From Blepharisma stoltei ATCC 30299 (taxonomy: Eukaryota > Protista > Ciliophora), in the NCBI GenBank assembly GCA_965603825.1, contig CBFDEM010000048.1, positions 124,001 through 188,000 on the forward strand: a stretch of 64,000 bases of DNA, written 5' to 3'. The translations under genes and the position numbers were made by a program. Below the pieces are notes generated by a model that was not told the DNA's origin, searched no databases, and worked only from the letters and a program-made list of their open reading frames with translations. How positions within the stretch are numbered: position 1 is the first letter of the stretch; every line of letters starts with the position of its first letter. This document shows positions 24,745-36,658 of the stretch, in pieces.

Positions 24745-25052
24745 AATGGATTAGCTTCAATAAAGTTTAGATTTCCTGTTTCTTCCTGTCTGACTGGAAT
24801 TTCTATATATCCTTCCTTTGATTATAATATAAAATTTTGTTCCATCACCAAAATAGGATAGATAATAACCCTTTCACAAAGCTCAGATACAAATTATCTA
24901 AAATAAATTTATGATCAATTTGTCCTCTGCTTCCAATAAGTTCTTAAATACTTTTTTTTAACATTCTTTGAAAGATCATTTTCTGTATCTCACTTGGGGC
25001 TCTGTAAGATAATAGCAGTTGATTCATTATCAACATAAGAGTCTTCAATCAT
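24745..25052 (-). pseudogene. Decayed 5' duplicate of the adjacent cNMP-binding gene
   Basis: MIEDSY vs MTENSY start; GTKFYIIIKG and IEIPVRQEETG remnants; 24813-24843 is identical to 24074-24104; frameshifts and stops. Confidence 0.75.
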
Positions 25053-25873
25053 TTTTATAATCTAAACTTAATAGTAAAATTTATATTTCCGCTATTTGGA
25101 ATTATAAGTTCTATTGAATATTTAAAAGGGATTTTGTAACAGAAATTTTTAGATTTAAACGGTATTTTAACTTTGCCAAAAATTCAAAAATAAATATCTA
25201 GTAACAATTAAGCATAAAAATCTAAATAAATTATTAACTAAATGCATATCAAAAGGATTTATTTAAATTAATAACATTTTCTGATAAGTATGGTATTATA
25301 ATATTTAAATTTTGAGCCTATAATCCTATGATTATTCAATTTCAATGATAAATCTGCAATTTTGCACTCTTATCTACCAAAAAAAGCCATTGTTTGCATC
25401 ATGAAAAAAAATTATATATTTCAATTGTTTAAGCTTAAATAAAAATAGCAGAGACCTATCTCATCTTTTATAATCATAAATTGCCGCCTTTCTTTATTGT
25501 TATCATATCTCCCTAAAACTTCGAATTTTCATTTTTAGCTAACTGAAAACCCCCAAAAATTGCCTATATGTCTAAGCATTATGGGAATCTGCAATTACTT
25601 TCCCAATATCCCCTGCCAGAACTTTCCTCAACCGATGCTCATTTTGATTCAATGTATATATACATTCTATGTCTCATTTCACAGACAATAAAATGGCTAG
25701 AATTCTTCATATATTTCATTTTATTGATAAATTATTTTGAACAGAAGAGATTTAATTAAATCTACAAAATAAATTTATATGCAAATTCTCTGTATAATGC
25801 ATCTAATCTTGAAACTCATGCGTTCCTTATACTTGAAATCAATAATCTTTTACCTTTTACTTATAGTTAAATA

Positions 25874-27472
25874 ATGGAGTATTACGCAAAATACCGATAC
25901 ACTCAACTTCATAAGATGCCTCCAAACAAAAGAATCCTTATCGCAGAACTAAAGAATCGTCATAAGCAATCTGACCGAGTGCCTCTTATTGCTGCTGTAA
26001 AAGAATTTTCAACGATTAAGCATAATTATGAGAACGAAGCAAAAATTTTTTCAGAGGTAAGCGATATGTCACATAGCATAGTCAAATATTATAATCATCT
26101 GAAATATGATGATAAATTCTTTATTTTCATGGAATATTGTGAAAATGGAAGCATCTCACAATCAATGAAAAAGCTTTTAAGTGAAAATACATATTGGCCT
26201 CTCTCATGGCTTGTGAAACAGTTTAAAAGCATTACATATGCTCTAATTGTATTGCTGGAGCACAAAATTTCACATAGGGATATAAAGCCTGAAAATATTT
26301 TTGTCTGTAAAGATTGGCATTTCAAATTGGGCGATTTCGGGATCACTCGAAGACAAACTGGCTTGTCAGAAGAAACCTACCCTATTACAGGTACCATTTT
26401 GTATATGTCACCAATACTTTTAAAATTGTATTTTGATAAAATTCAGAATAGTGATAAAATTAATCTTGAAAAGGAAGATGTTTGGTCACTTGGCAAGACG
26501 TTTTTCGAGATCCTAATTAAAAAGACTGGGGTTGATTTTCAAAAATATAGGGGAAAATCCATTCAAAATTCCAATAAGATGAGAAGATGCTCCTTTGCCC
26601 AAATCATGTATGAGTACGAAAGCTCATTTATTGACATTATTTATAAAAAACTGCTTAAACATGATATTCCTGAAAAATTAGCGCTGCTTATAGCTCAAAT
26701 GCTAAAAACTCCTTATAAAGATAGACCTTCTTTATCAGATGTCTATGAAGGTTTAGAAAGAATTCAAGGAGAAATAGGCGACCCAGGAGATTCAGAACCT
26801 AATTGGATCTCATATATAAACCCAGAAAAGCCAAAAGAAAAGCTTGACACCTCAAAAAAAGAAAATCTATTGAAGCTTTTGGAACAAGAAGAAAACCGTA
26901 TTGGAAAAGTGATAAAAACATATTTCAAGCATGGGTACATTTCTTCAGAAGATGATGCTGATGTAAAAACTATCAGCATTGAGTCATCACTAAGCTCACA
27001 AGATTGTCTTAATACTTTGCCATTAAATGACCCATCACAGGAAAATGCAACAATTTCCGCTGAAAATTCATACGAATATGTAGACGGAGATACAGTATCA
27101 GAAGAAAACCCACTGAGCACAGAAAGCGAAATAGACACTGATGGAGATTATGACTCACCTTCAGATAATACTACAATTTCTAATGAAACTCATCTAGCCA
27201 TTGAAGAAAACCTGTATGATGAAAAATCCAAAACTCTTCCAGAAACAAATAATCGCTGTGGGCTGTGTGGTGAATGATCAGATAAAGACCAAATTAAATT
27301 AGACTGCGGGCATTTTTACGATGTTCCCTGCCTATCTGAATATATAAATTATCCAAATATCAGGCCCCACTGTCCTATATGCAAGGTGAAAATAACTTGG
27401 AAAATGTTATCAACAGGTGGATTGTTAATTAGCGATTTAGCTATGAATAAAATGCTTTACTTAATAGAATAA
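25874..27472 (+). CDS. Protein kinase with C-terminal RING finger, 532 aa
   Basis: AAVK, HRDIKPEN, DFG; reading TGA 27275 as Trp completes CGLC..CGHFYDVPC..CPIC. Confidence 0.85.
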
Positions 27473-27486
27473 TCATATAATTTTCA

Positions 27487-28125
27487 TTAAATACACATTC
27501 TTTTCTGCTTCTTAGGCTTTGGGAATGAAAAATTAGGGCTGTAAAATATTTTATCAGGGATTTTGGCTGTAAAATCTGGAGGATTTAAATAGCTTTCAAA
27601 CGCAAAAGATTTTTCAGGAAAATCCGAATTTTTTTTCATTTTTTGATAATAATCAATAGCGCGATTCATATCATTTAAATTAGGATCATTAATTATCAAT
27701 TTCCCGTTCAAATTTGCTTTTCTTCTCTTTGGTGGCCCAGGCTCGCTTAGTCGTTTTCTATTTGGATCAATTTTTCCAAAATAGCCTAAAACGCTACTAT
27801 GTTTATTATCACCTAAAATTCGATTAATGCAAAATTCAGAGGCACAAGGATAAGGGGAAAACCCATGGATTTTTTCAAGCTTGTGATTGAGCTTTGTCAT
27901 GACAGAACATTTGCAATTAATTGGGTGCTTTTCTAGATTTTCTATGCTTTTTTCAAGCTTTGGATAGTTCTGAAGAGACGAACGTATAATATCAGTTAAG
28001 TCATTCTGAGGCATGCTTCAATTGATGCGATGTGAGGGCTTTTTTAGAGAGAATTCATTGAGGGCTAAAGAGGATTCTTGGCTTTTTGGCGTTTTTGACA
28101 TTGATAAGTTCAAGATTTCTGACAT
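27487..28125 (-). CDS. Hypothetical basic protein, 212 aa
   Basis: ORF extends upstream through one TGA to ATG 28125; NLS-like PPKRRK. Confidence 0.6.
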
Positions 28126-28416
28126 AAATTTCAATCTTCTTTTATTTATATGTGGCGATATAAATAATGAGCATTATTTAAAATGTTTAATACGTCATAA
28201 AGAAAAGTTTTTTGATTTTAATAAAAATAAAATAGCCATAAGATATCGATTATTATGTGATGGCTGCAATTTAATTCAACTTTTCATCTTTTGATCTTTA
28301 TTATTATAAACTCGCTTTTGATTTTTTTCACTGGCCCGCTTAAATTCCATCAATTAAAGCTTATTGAGCTTGATAAAACCCTGCCATCAATTTACTTAAA
28401 TAATTTTTTATATTCT

Positions 28417-29175
28417 ATGGAAGGCATCGAGAGCATGGGAGAAATTAAAACAAGAGACGATGTTCTCATTCTTACGCCTCGACCAAGTCGAAATTTCATT
28501 TCCATGCCTCCCTTAAACCCAAATATTACGCCTCTGAAGGATTTTTCTGATTCAAATAATTTGCATTTTACATTCAATTCAAACTTCACTTACAACCCAA
28601 AGCACTTCACAAGCTATTTTCCTCCTTTTTATCCATTCTTTGCCCATAGTAAGCCAAATGATTTAATTTCAGAATCTCTTGACACTCCCTCGAAAAATGA
28701 TTTTTTTAAACTTTCTCAAGAGACATCCCAAGAATCTACTGAAGACTCAAAAATTTCTGATGAAGAAAAAAATCATGGCGACTTATTAAATTCACTTGCA
28801 AACTCTTCTCCTTTGAAGAGACCCCGAGAAAAGAAGCCTTTGACGTGCAGTTGCAGAAAATCCAAGTGTCTTAAACTCTATTGTGAGTGTTTTGCCACTG
28901 GTCAGTACTGCACTGATTGTGCTTGTACCTCTTGTGCTAATACAGAAGAAAAGGAAACTCAGCGAAAAAACGCAATTAATTTAACATTAGAAAGGAACCC
29001 AGAAGCATTTAAACCTAAGTTTAAATCAATTGAAATCGAAGGTGAAATCCAGTCGGTTCATAATAAAGGATGCCACTGCAGTAGATCTGCATGCCTTAAA
29101 AAATATTGCGAATGCTACCAAAACGGAAACTATTGTTCTAATCTTTGCCAATGCGCAGGCTGCAAGAACATATAA
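28417..29175 (+). CDS. Tesmin/TSO1-like CXC (CRC) domain protein, LIN54-like
   Basis: CSCRKSKCLKLYCECFA..RNPEAFKPK..HNKGCHCSRSACLKKYCECY; first plausible ATG at 28417. Confidence 0.92.
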   Translation: MEGIESMGEIKTRDDVLILTPRPSRNFISMPPLNPNITPLKDFSDSNNLHFTFNSNFTYNPKHFTSYFPPFYPFFAHSKPNDLISESLDTPSKNDFFKLSQETSQESTEDSKISDEEKNHGDLLNSLANSSPLKRPREKKPLTCSCRKSKCLKLYCECFATGQYCTDCACTSCANTEEKETQRKNAINLTLERNPEAFKPKFKSIEIEGEIQSVHNKGCHCSRSACLKKYCECYQNGNYCSNLCQCAGCKNI

Positions 29176-29302
29176 GAGTTACATTTAATAAAGACTCATA
29201 AATTATATGAATATGCCTAATAACAGATTTTTCTCTTAAAAAAATTATTAAACTAAGCCTGTCTAGTATAAATTAAATCTAAATTAATTTTCACACATAA
29301 TT

Positions 29303-30909
29303 ATGGATAAGGCACCTACTATTTTAAAGCCAAGTTTTCACAAGCCAAACAAATCAATGGATATTTTTTCACCTACTAGATCAGTAATTGAAAGGAGGAA
29401 GCCAAGCCTAACCGGAGATGCCAAAAAATGCTATATGATGGTAGAAAATGTAGAGAAGATGGTAGATGACTACTGCTATACCTCAATTTCACAAGAAAAC
29501 AAAACTGTAGGGAATCGAAAAATGCTGAGAGAAGACATTTTTGTTGCGCCGTGCTTAAAAACTGCAGTCGAAACTTTAAAAAAAAGAATGAAGATCTACG
29601 AAAATATTAAGCCTGAAAAACCAGTTATGTACCCGATCCCAAGAAGATTTAGGAGTGAATCTATGACAGATGAAAAAATAGGCCCAGGGTGTTATGAGAC
29701 TGCTGATAAAAATAATGCACTTAGCTATGAATTTCCGTTAACAACGAGAATGGAAGATCCCGTTTATCATCAATTATCAAGTAAGATTTATGCATAGCAT
29801 TAAAAGGACATAGGAGATCAGAAACCCCAGGCAAGCATATTATTCGAAAAAATAAATTCCTGGATGGCTACAGACACTGCATAAGAAATCAATTAATCCA
29901 GATTAAAGCTGGAGATCATAATAGAAAAGTCGTAAGTGTTATGGACTCTGTAAGAGAACTCAATAAATCAGCTCAATCTCTGAGGAGAGAAAAATTAGAA
30001 AATAAATTGAGAAAGGATAATTGGAATAAAAATAAAGCTGAGTTTATTGAAATTCGAAGAAATTGAATTCAACTAATTTTTTTATTTGGATTTATGAGTT
30101 GTTCACGGTGAAAAATTTACAATAAAAAAGTAATTTTTAAGTAGAAATTGCATGAAAGAGCTTATAAAGCAATTGAATGACTATATTCATTTTCTTTAAC
30201 AATTGGAAAATTCAGAATAATTCTGAAAAACGTACGTAAAAAAATCAGCCATAAAGTATTTTTCAATTAGAAAGTTTCTTGTCTTGCAAATCTAATAGTT
30301 TCTTTCTCACTTTCTAAAAGGACAGAAATGGCCCAGAAAGTATGCAAAGCTTCTGAAGATATTTTGGAAATGGATTTGCTATTTTTATGTATGTCAAAAT
30401 GGCTTCGATCAATTTATTTTGTACAAAGAAAAATCCGAAGATTTTTACAAATTAAACGAGCTAGAGTTGAAGCAATCTATCTAATGTGAGACAAGCAAGT
30501 CGAATTAATGGCAAAATCTCCATCAAGGTCTTCAAATAAAAGAGCAGCTGCCTCGCGATCCACAGATACAAGCCAAAAAACTGTTAAAGATATACTCCAC
30601 CCAAAACTTAAAGAAAATTTTATAAAGGTATTTTTGGTTGACAAACTAAGCGAATTTGTAAATCTGCAAAATGCTTATAAAATACAACAAGAATGTGGAA
30701 AAGTGACCAAAAGTAAAGAAATTGAGTTTTGGGAGAGTGAATCTGACGTTGATAAAGAAGAAATAAAAATTATTGATAAGCCAAAATTTGAGTTGTTCAG
30801 AGAGCCTGAGAGTTTACAGAAATATATTGCAAAAGCAAGAGAGGAAAATTTAAAGCAAATGATGGTAACTCAAAGGACAGAGTTCAGAAGAAAAACTGTG
30901 AAAAAATAA
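29303..30909 (+). CDS. Hypothetical protein, 519 aa; introns 29781-29797 (17 nt), 30130-30144, 30256-30270
   Basis: Removing three tiny GT..AG introns and reading three TGA as Trp gives one continuous frame linking both ORF-track fragments. Confidence 0.7.
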
Positions 30910-31649
30910 ACAGATTATATAAGAAAAATTTTGATATGTATAAATTTTTATTTTGAGTAATTCTTTAATTACGAATTGATTATTTTCTTAATAAGGAGAT
31001 CAGATTTCTCCTTGCCATTTATATTGAACTTTTATTTTCATTTCAGAATTACATTTCGCTGATTTTAACAATATGTGATTTTCTGAGAATCAATAAATAA
31101 TAGAGACAATTATTCGATAAAAAATTTTAAATTAAGTTATTCATGCATAATTATATATAAGTAGATTTATTAGATTAATACTCATATAAAATTAAAAAGC
31201 ATCAAATAATGATATTTAATATTCTCTGAAACCTTTTAAGTCCAAAATCATTTTTTACCTAACCTCCTCAGCCATTTTCAAAAATTCCGGCTTTAGGGTC
31301 AGTTATTTTTTCAGCTGTATCAGCCCTTCTAATATGGCTTAATACCAATTTTACATAATTTTTAAATTTCTGTTGCTTTTCTTTTTCAGTATTCAAGGAT
31401 AATTCTTGTCAGTTATTTTTTACTATTACTCTAAAAATGCATTTCTAAAATTCAAAAATTCCAATCGGTTAAACTTTCTTATCCTGAATAACTTTGCCAT
31501 TTACATAATTAAAATAAATCAAATCTATCCTGTCCCAGCAAATCTATTGGACGTCTTAGCCATTTATACTCAACAAACTATACGTTTAAAATTTATTAAA
31601 TCCTGCTATCATATTAGATATAATCATAATAATAAAAAATCTGAACATT

Positions 31650-32660
31650 ATGGAAAGAAAGAATCATAAAACAGACATTTTACTTGAATTTACACTGAAG
31701 GCGACTGAATTCATAATCCAGTCAAGAAGTTCAATACCAAGATCAGATACATTAACAAAAACTTCATTAAGACTGTCCACTATACAATTCATGAACATTC
31801 GTGACCAAATTTCTTCTTATTTCAATGAAAATTCTCCAACGAAAGAATTTGCTATAGAAGTTCTGGAAACATGTGAAGGCTGTCATCCCTTACTTTTGGA
31901 ACGTTGAAATTTTATATTGGCTTCCAAAAGATTTAAATTCAGTAAACCTTATAAAAAAAGGGAGCTCGACGCAGTATCCGGTATCAGAACTCTTATATCT
32001 GGTAGCCTTCTTCTCCCAGCTACCTATAAAGTAAAATCTTCAATCTCAATAGCTATCAGAAAATCAGTCATTGATTTTGCCAGCTGAGACCCAAATCTGA
32101 CTGACAAAGAAATTTTGAAATTCCCGAGCCAGAAACTGCAAATTGAAGGTGAAAACAGTCTTTTAGAAGTGTACATAGAATATACAAATACCACGTTGAA
32201 GCCTCGGTTTGCAAGACAGTCATTAGGAATTAGACCGCGTTTAATATCTTTTGATGTAGCTGATGTAGAATTTAAAGAATCCCCCAAAGCCAATTCTTTA
32301 AAAAAGAGCATCAACTCGATAGAAAGCACAGAAGCTTCCCCTTTAATGAAAGGAAATAAGCTATCTTTGATTAATTCTGAAAGTTTTTATGAAGAAAGTG
32401 AAGCTGGATTTAGGCTGATTTCAAGCGATTACGGAGATGAAAGCTCAGGATCAGAAAAAGAAGAAGAAAATGAGTTCGCAAACAACAGTTTTCAGATGGA
32501 TTTTGGGTCTGAAAACTTAGAGGAGGATGAATCCGACTCTATTGTATCATTATATTTGAAACAGTGTGACAAAGCTAGAGATGTATCATTATATAAAGGA
32601 GGGCAGAGCACTATTACAGAAGCCTTTTCACTAGTTAGGAAGTGGAAGAATAGACTGTAA
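31650..32660 (+). CDS. ATG13: ATG13-like HORMA-domain protein, 336 aa
   Basis: FTLKATEFIIQSR, LLLER(W), IRTLISGSLLLPATYK match Atg13 N-terminal HORMA motifs; followed by a Ser/acidic disordered tail; two TGA(Trp). Confidence 0.7.
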
Positions 32661-32886
32661 TCATTATATGATTTAATTAATTATTATAATAAGCATTGAA
32701 GTCTACATAATATTGCTGACTTTAATAGACAAAAATATTGAAATCGGCTGTTATCTATAATTAATTTCCGAAAATTTTTCATTTACTAGGATAAAACAAA
32801 TATAAAAAAGGTTAAAAATTGTGCTTAATATTATTCACAAAGAATTTAATTTATTTTTTGGCGAATTCTGCCTATATTATATAAAA

Positions 32887-33864
32887 ATGCTCGGGAAAAC
32901 TTTAGAAGAAAAATCCATATCAAGGCTTGCTGAAGAAAGTGAAAAATTTTCTTTAAGCGACGACGAAGAAGCCAAACTTTCTCATTTGAACCCGAAACCA
33001 GAAATAAATGTTTCTCCTTGGAATTTCGAAATCACTCATTATGGGAATCACTTGACTATTCCTCATGAACCTATCGGAGAAAAACCTAAAACAACCATAG
33101 TTAGAATACGCCAGCATACCTCTTTCAAATCGACTGATTTAACAAGTGACCACACAATGACCATAAAAAGACAAAATAAAACTCCTGAGCAGAGGAGGTC
33201 AAGCTGCTACTACACCCATGACGATTTTAAAACAGAAGAAAATAAGGCACTTAATCTGCATCCAATTCATATAAACTCTGTAAGAAGGATTAAAGAGCCT
33301 ATTTTGGTGCCTCGAAGAGAAGAATTGCTATTGGCCCATCGTATAGAAGAGCAAATGTTATTTCCCCACAAAGAAACGATTGTGGTTAAACCGAGGTCTT
33401 ATACTGTAGAAATCCCAGATAAGCCTGATTTCGAAAATGAAGACCAGTTTATTGAAAATAAAGAAAAGGTAAGAAATATTTAGATTGACAAAATAACTCA
33501 CTTCAGGAAAATCAGTGCTAGCTTGCCATCAAGTAGAGGGAGGATAGAGAAAAACAAACCAACGATAAAAGTCAATAGTGTCATCCCAAATAATCTCCCG
33601 AAAATCAAAACTTCTAACAAAAGCGAAAATTTGACTCCCTTAAAAGATTTAGAAAAGCTCAGCAAAAGATCACAACTTATTGAGCTGCTAAAAAATTTAG
33701 CCCCAAAGCTTTTGATCCCTCCTGCACAAAATTCAGCAAGGTCTAAGTCTTCTGGAAGAAGACTTGAAAATACATCACAAAATCCAAAAGATAGGTCTAG
33801 CTCAGGGCAGTTACATCTCAACAAGCTTGAAATCTGTCCTTGGAAAGATAGTATAATTTCATAA
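32887..33864 (+). CDS. Hypothetical protein, 320 aa; intron 33469-33483
   Basis: Intron GTAAGAAATATTTAG joins the two ORFs in frame. Confidence 0.7.
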
Positions 33865-33925
33865 TGCTCATGATAATAATAATTTTGCTATAATAAATTT
33901 ATCTTTTTACTAGCAAATCCTATAA

Positions 33926-35443
33926 ATGTCAAAAGAAGCTGACAAACCACCAAAAGATGCTCCAATTTTTAGTTTCACTGAAATAGATCGAGACAAGATT
34001 TCACAAAAATTCCCAAATTTACGCAATAGATCTTCTTCTATGCAAGATCTCTATGAAAAAATAACGACTCTTCGGTCTTCAAATTCGAATCGCAGCTCAA
34101 ACTCAAGTTGAAACAATTTTATTAAACGTAAAAAATACCTAGGAAATTTAATGCCGTCTATGACTCCAACGTCACCTAAGATAATTGACTTGATGGAAAA
34201 AGCCAAAAAAATGTAAAAGTAATGCAGAGATTTCTCATCACCTACCTCCTCGTTGAAAAGCTTGACTAGATTGAACTCGCCTTCTTCGTCCTTTTTAAAA
34301 GAAGCTACCCAGACAATAGAAAATTCAATTATGCAGCTAAAAGCGTCCTATAACAAAATCCACCATGATGTAGCCCAAAAAGAAAGAACACTAGAAATTC
34401 TTGAAAGAGATTTAGAATTACTTGAAAACAATTTAGAAATTGTTGATGGCGGCGATAAGCTAGAAAAGCTCAATGACGACTATGCTGATATAAGTAATAA
34501 AACTATTGAAGAAACTCTTTATACAGAAACTTTACAACATATGGTAATCAATAAAAGATTAGAAATTTTAGGGCTAAGAAAGCCTATAAATATGCTTAAA
34601 AAACAGCTGAAAGAAGCTTCTGCACTATATAACCATCATTCTGCAAGCTTAAAGAGATTTAGGTCAGAAATACCAAGCACAGCTGAAGAGTTCGAAACCG
34701 CAAAATATAATTTCGACATGGTAAAAAGGAACAACAGCTTAAAATTCAATGAAAACACCAGCCATTACGAAGAAAGCCATGCCTTAATTGCCTATCTAAA
34801 AGAAATCCGCAGAAGGAAAAAAGTTTTAGAATCTCAGCGTGAAAAAGAAAAAAAAGTGATTTTACTTGAAAGGAGGCTCAGAATCCTTGAAAGTGAAAAA
34901 AAATTCGAAGACGAAATGGAAAACATAAAGCGCGAGCTCAGAAAAAAAGAAAAAATCTTCATGGACATCCAAAAAGCCACAAATGTCACCTCAGTCGAAG
35001 ACATGTATCCTTATTATCTCTATTTAAAAGAAACAGAAAACAGGCTCAACCAAACAGTCAAACAAGGGCTAAAACAACTAGAAAAACTTAATCAAGACAG
35101 AGAAGAATTAAGCAAAACCTTAAACGGCATCAGATATCAAGAAGAAAAGCGAGAAAATCTTGTCGATATCTCAGTAATCCGAGATAAGTACTCTGAAACT
35201 TGTACAGAGCTAGACCAAAAAGAAGCACATCTTGACAAATTAAATGAAATAATATTCGCTGCACAAAATTCTTTAGAGATTTTAAAGAGCAAGTTGGGGT
35301 TAAAGCTGTCACATTCGAAGGATTTTATTGAACAGTTTCAAAGCTGTGGGGATAAACTGCATGAGTTATTGAAAAAGTCAACAGATAAAAAATCAAAGTC
35401 GCCGATTTATTTGGATTTGAGGTCGGTTTGAGTACTTATGTAG
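33926..35443 (+). CDS. Long coiled-coil protein, 500 aa, weakly like outer dynein arm docking-complex proteins; intron 34213-34227
   Basis: TGA 34109 read-through plus intron GTAAAAGTAATGCAG gives one frame; 'FMDIQKATNVTSVEDM' segment; ends at TAG 35441-35443 if TGA 35429 is Trp. Confidence 0.65.
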
Positions 35444-35487
35444 AAATTAAATGAAGTTTATTAGATAATTATTACTTGCATTAATAG

Positions 35488-35850
35488 CTAGAAAATATCA
35501 CTTGGAGTAGATAATGATGGCTTTACCTTTAGTAAGGATAAAATGTTTTTATAGAGAGCTCTTAGTGTGTTTAATTTCATTTCAAATTCTTCGAAATCTA
35601 AGTCTGGGGTTATGTCAAACTGCTGAATGCTTTCTGATAATTTTCGGATTCTCTCTGTGGGTGGATTTTCTCCAATAATCATAGCGTATTCTTTGATATA
35701 CCCAATTTCTCAGCCGATTTTTTTCCCTATTTCAAATCCTTCTAAATGACTAGCTTTTCTATTAGTTTCTTCAGCAATTTTCTTCCCAATTTCATATCCC
35801 TCTTGGAAAGCCTTATCCTCGATGCTTAATACTTCATCTAAAAAATCCAT
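35488..35850 (-). CDS. LTO1: LTO1/ORAOV1-like (Yae1_N) Fe-S maturation adaptor, 120 aa
   Basis: EDKAFQEGYEIG..LEGFEIGKKIG(W)EIGY GX3 repeat; ATG 35850. Confidence 0.75.
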
Positions 35851-35946
35851 TATTTATATACCTTATACAGAAAAAACAAAGAATATTGAGTTTTCTTATT
35901 TAAGATAAAAAATTTATAATAAAATAACCAATTTTAATTATTTATA

Positions 35947-36597
35947 ATGGAAAACGATTTTTACGGAAATTGACTATTAAAAAAGAAAGAGAATTTCAAA
36001 CTGCCGGGTATAAGAGCAAATGCAAATATCTCGCAATTACAGGCTAATTCATCAAGAAGAGTCCACACAAAAAGCGTTTTAAGAAAGTCTTGACCAAAAT
36101 CTTTATCAAGATCTCCGAGCCCAAAATCATCATCTCCTCTATTAAGTTTAAAAAAGGAGCTTCCCTTTCTGATTTCTCCTGTATCTTCAAGCAAGTTGGA
36201 TGAAGAAATTAGAATTAGTCCACATAGAGTCAATAAAGTAAGACAAAAAACGCCTGTTTTAGTATACGAAAATGTAGTTATGAGCAAAGATTTGGCTATT
36301 ATGGCACAGGTGAGAAGGAAGCTAATAAATGAAGTTACTGGCAGCAAAATTCTTAATCTCACACAAGATGTAGTAAACACATTGAAATATCAATATTTGC
36401 CTGAAGAACTTAAAAATAATGAAACTTCACAGCAACATTTACAGAAACAAAAAGCAAGTTTAGAAAGAACTACGAGGCATCCTTTAGGGACTGCTGCCTA
36501 TGCTATACGGTCTTTATCGCCAACTTCAAGAAAAGTTATAAAGAAGCACCTTAAATTGTCACTACCTCAGGGATCTCGATTTTTGGATTATTCTTAG
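35947..36597 (+). CDS. Hypothetical basic Ser-rich protein, 216 aa
   Basis: ATG 35947 is in frame with the 36196 ORF via two TGA. Confidence 0.6.
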
Positions 36598-36658
36598 CAT
36601 ATTTCACAAAATATTCCATAATTCTATTAATTTTTAAAATTCTAATTCAGTACCATAA

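Noticed and set aside
20261-25493. Shared 13-mer ATTGCCGCCTTTC in two spacers as a regulatory motif
   Set aside because: Only two occurrences with inconsistent position relative to genes.
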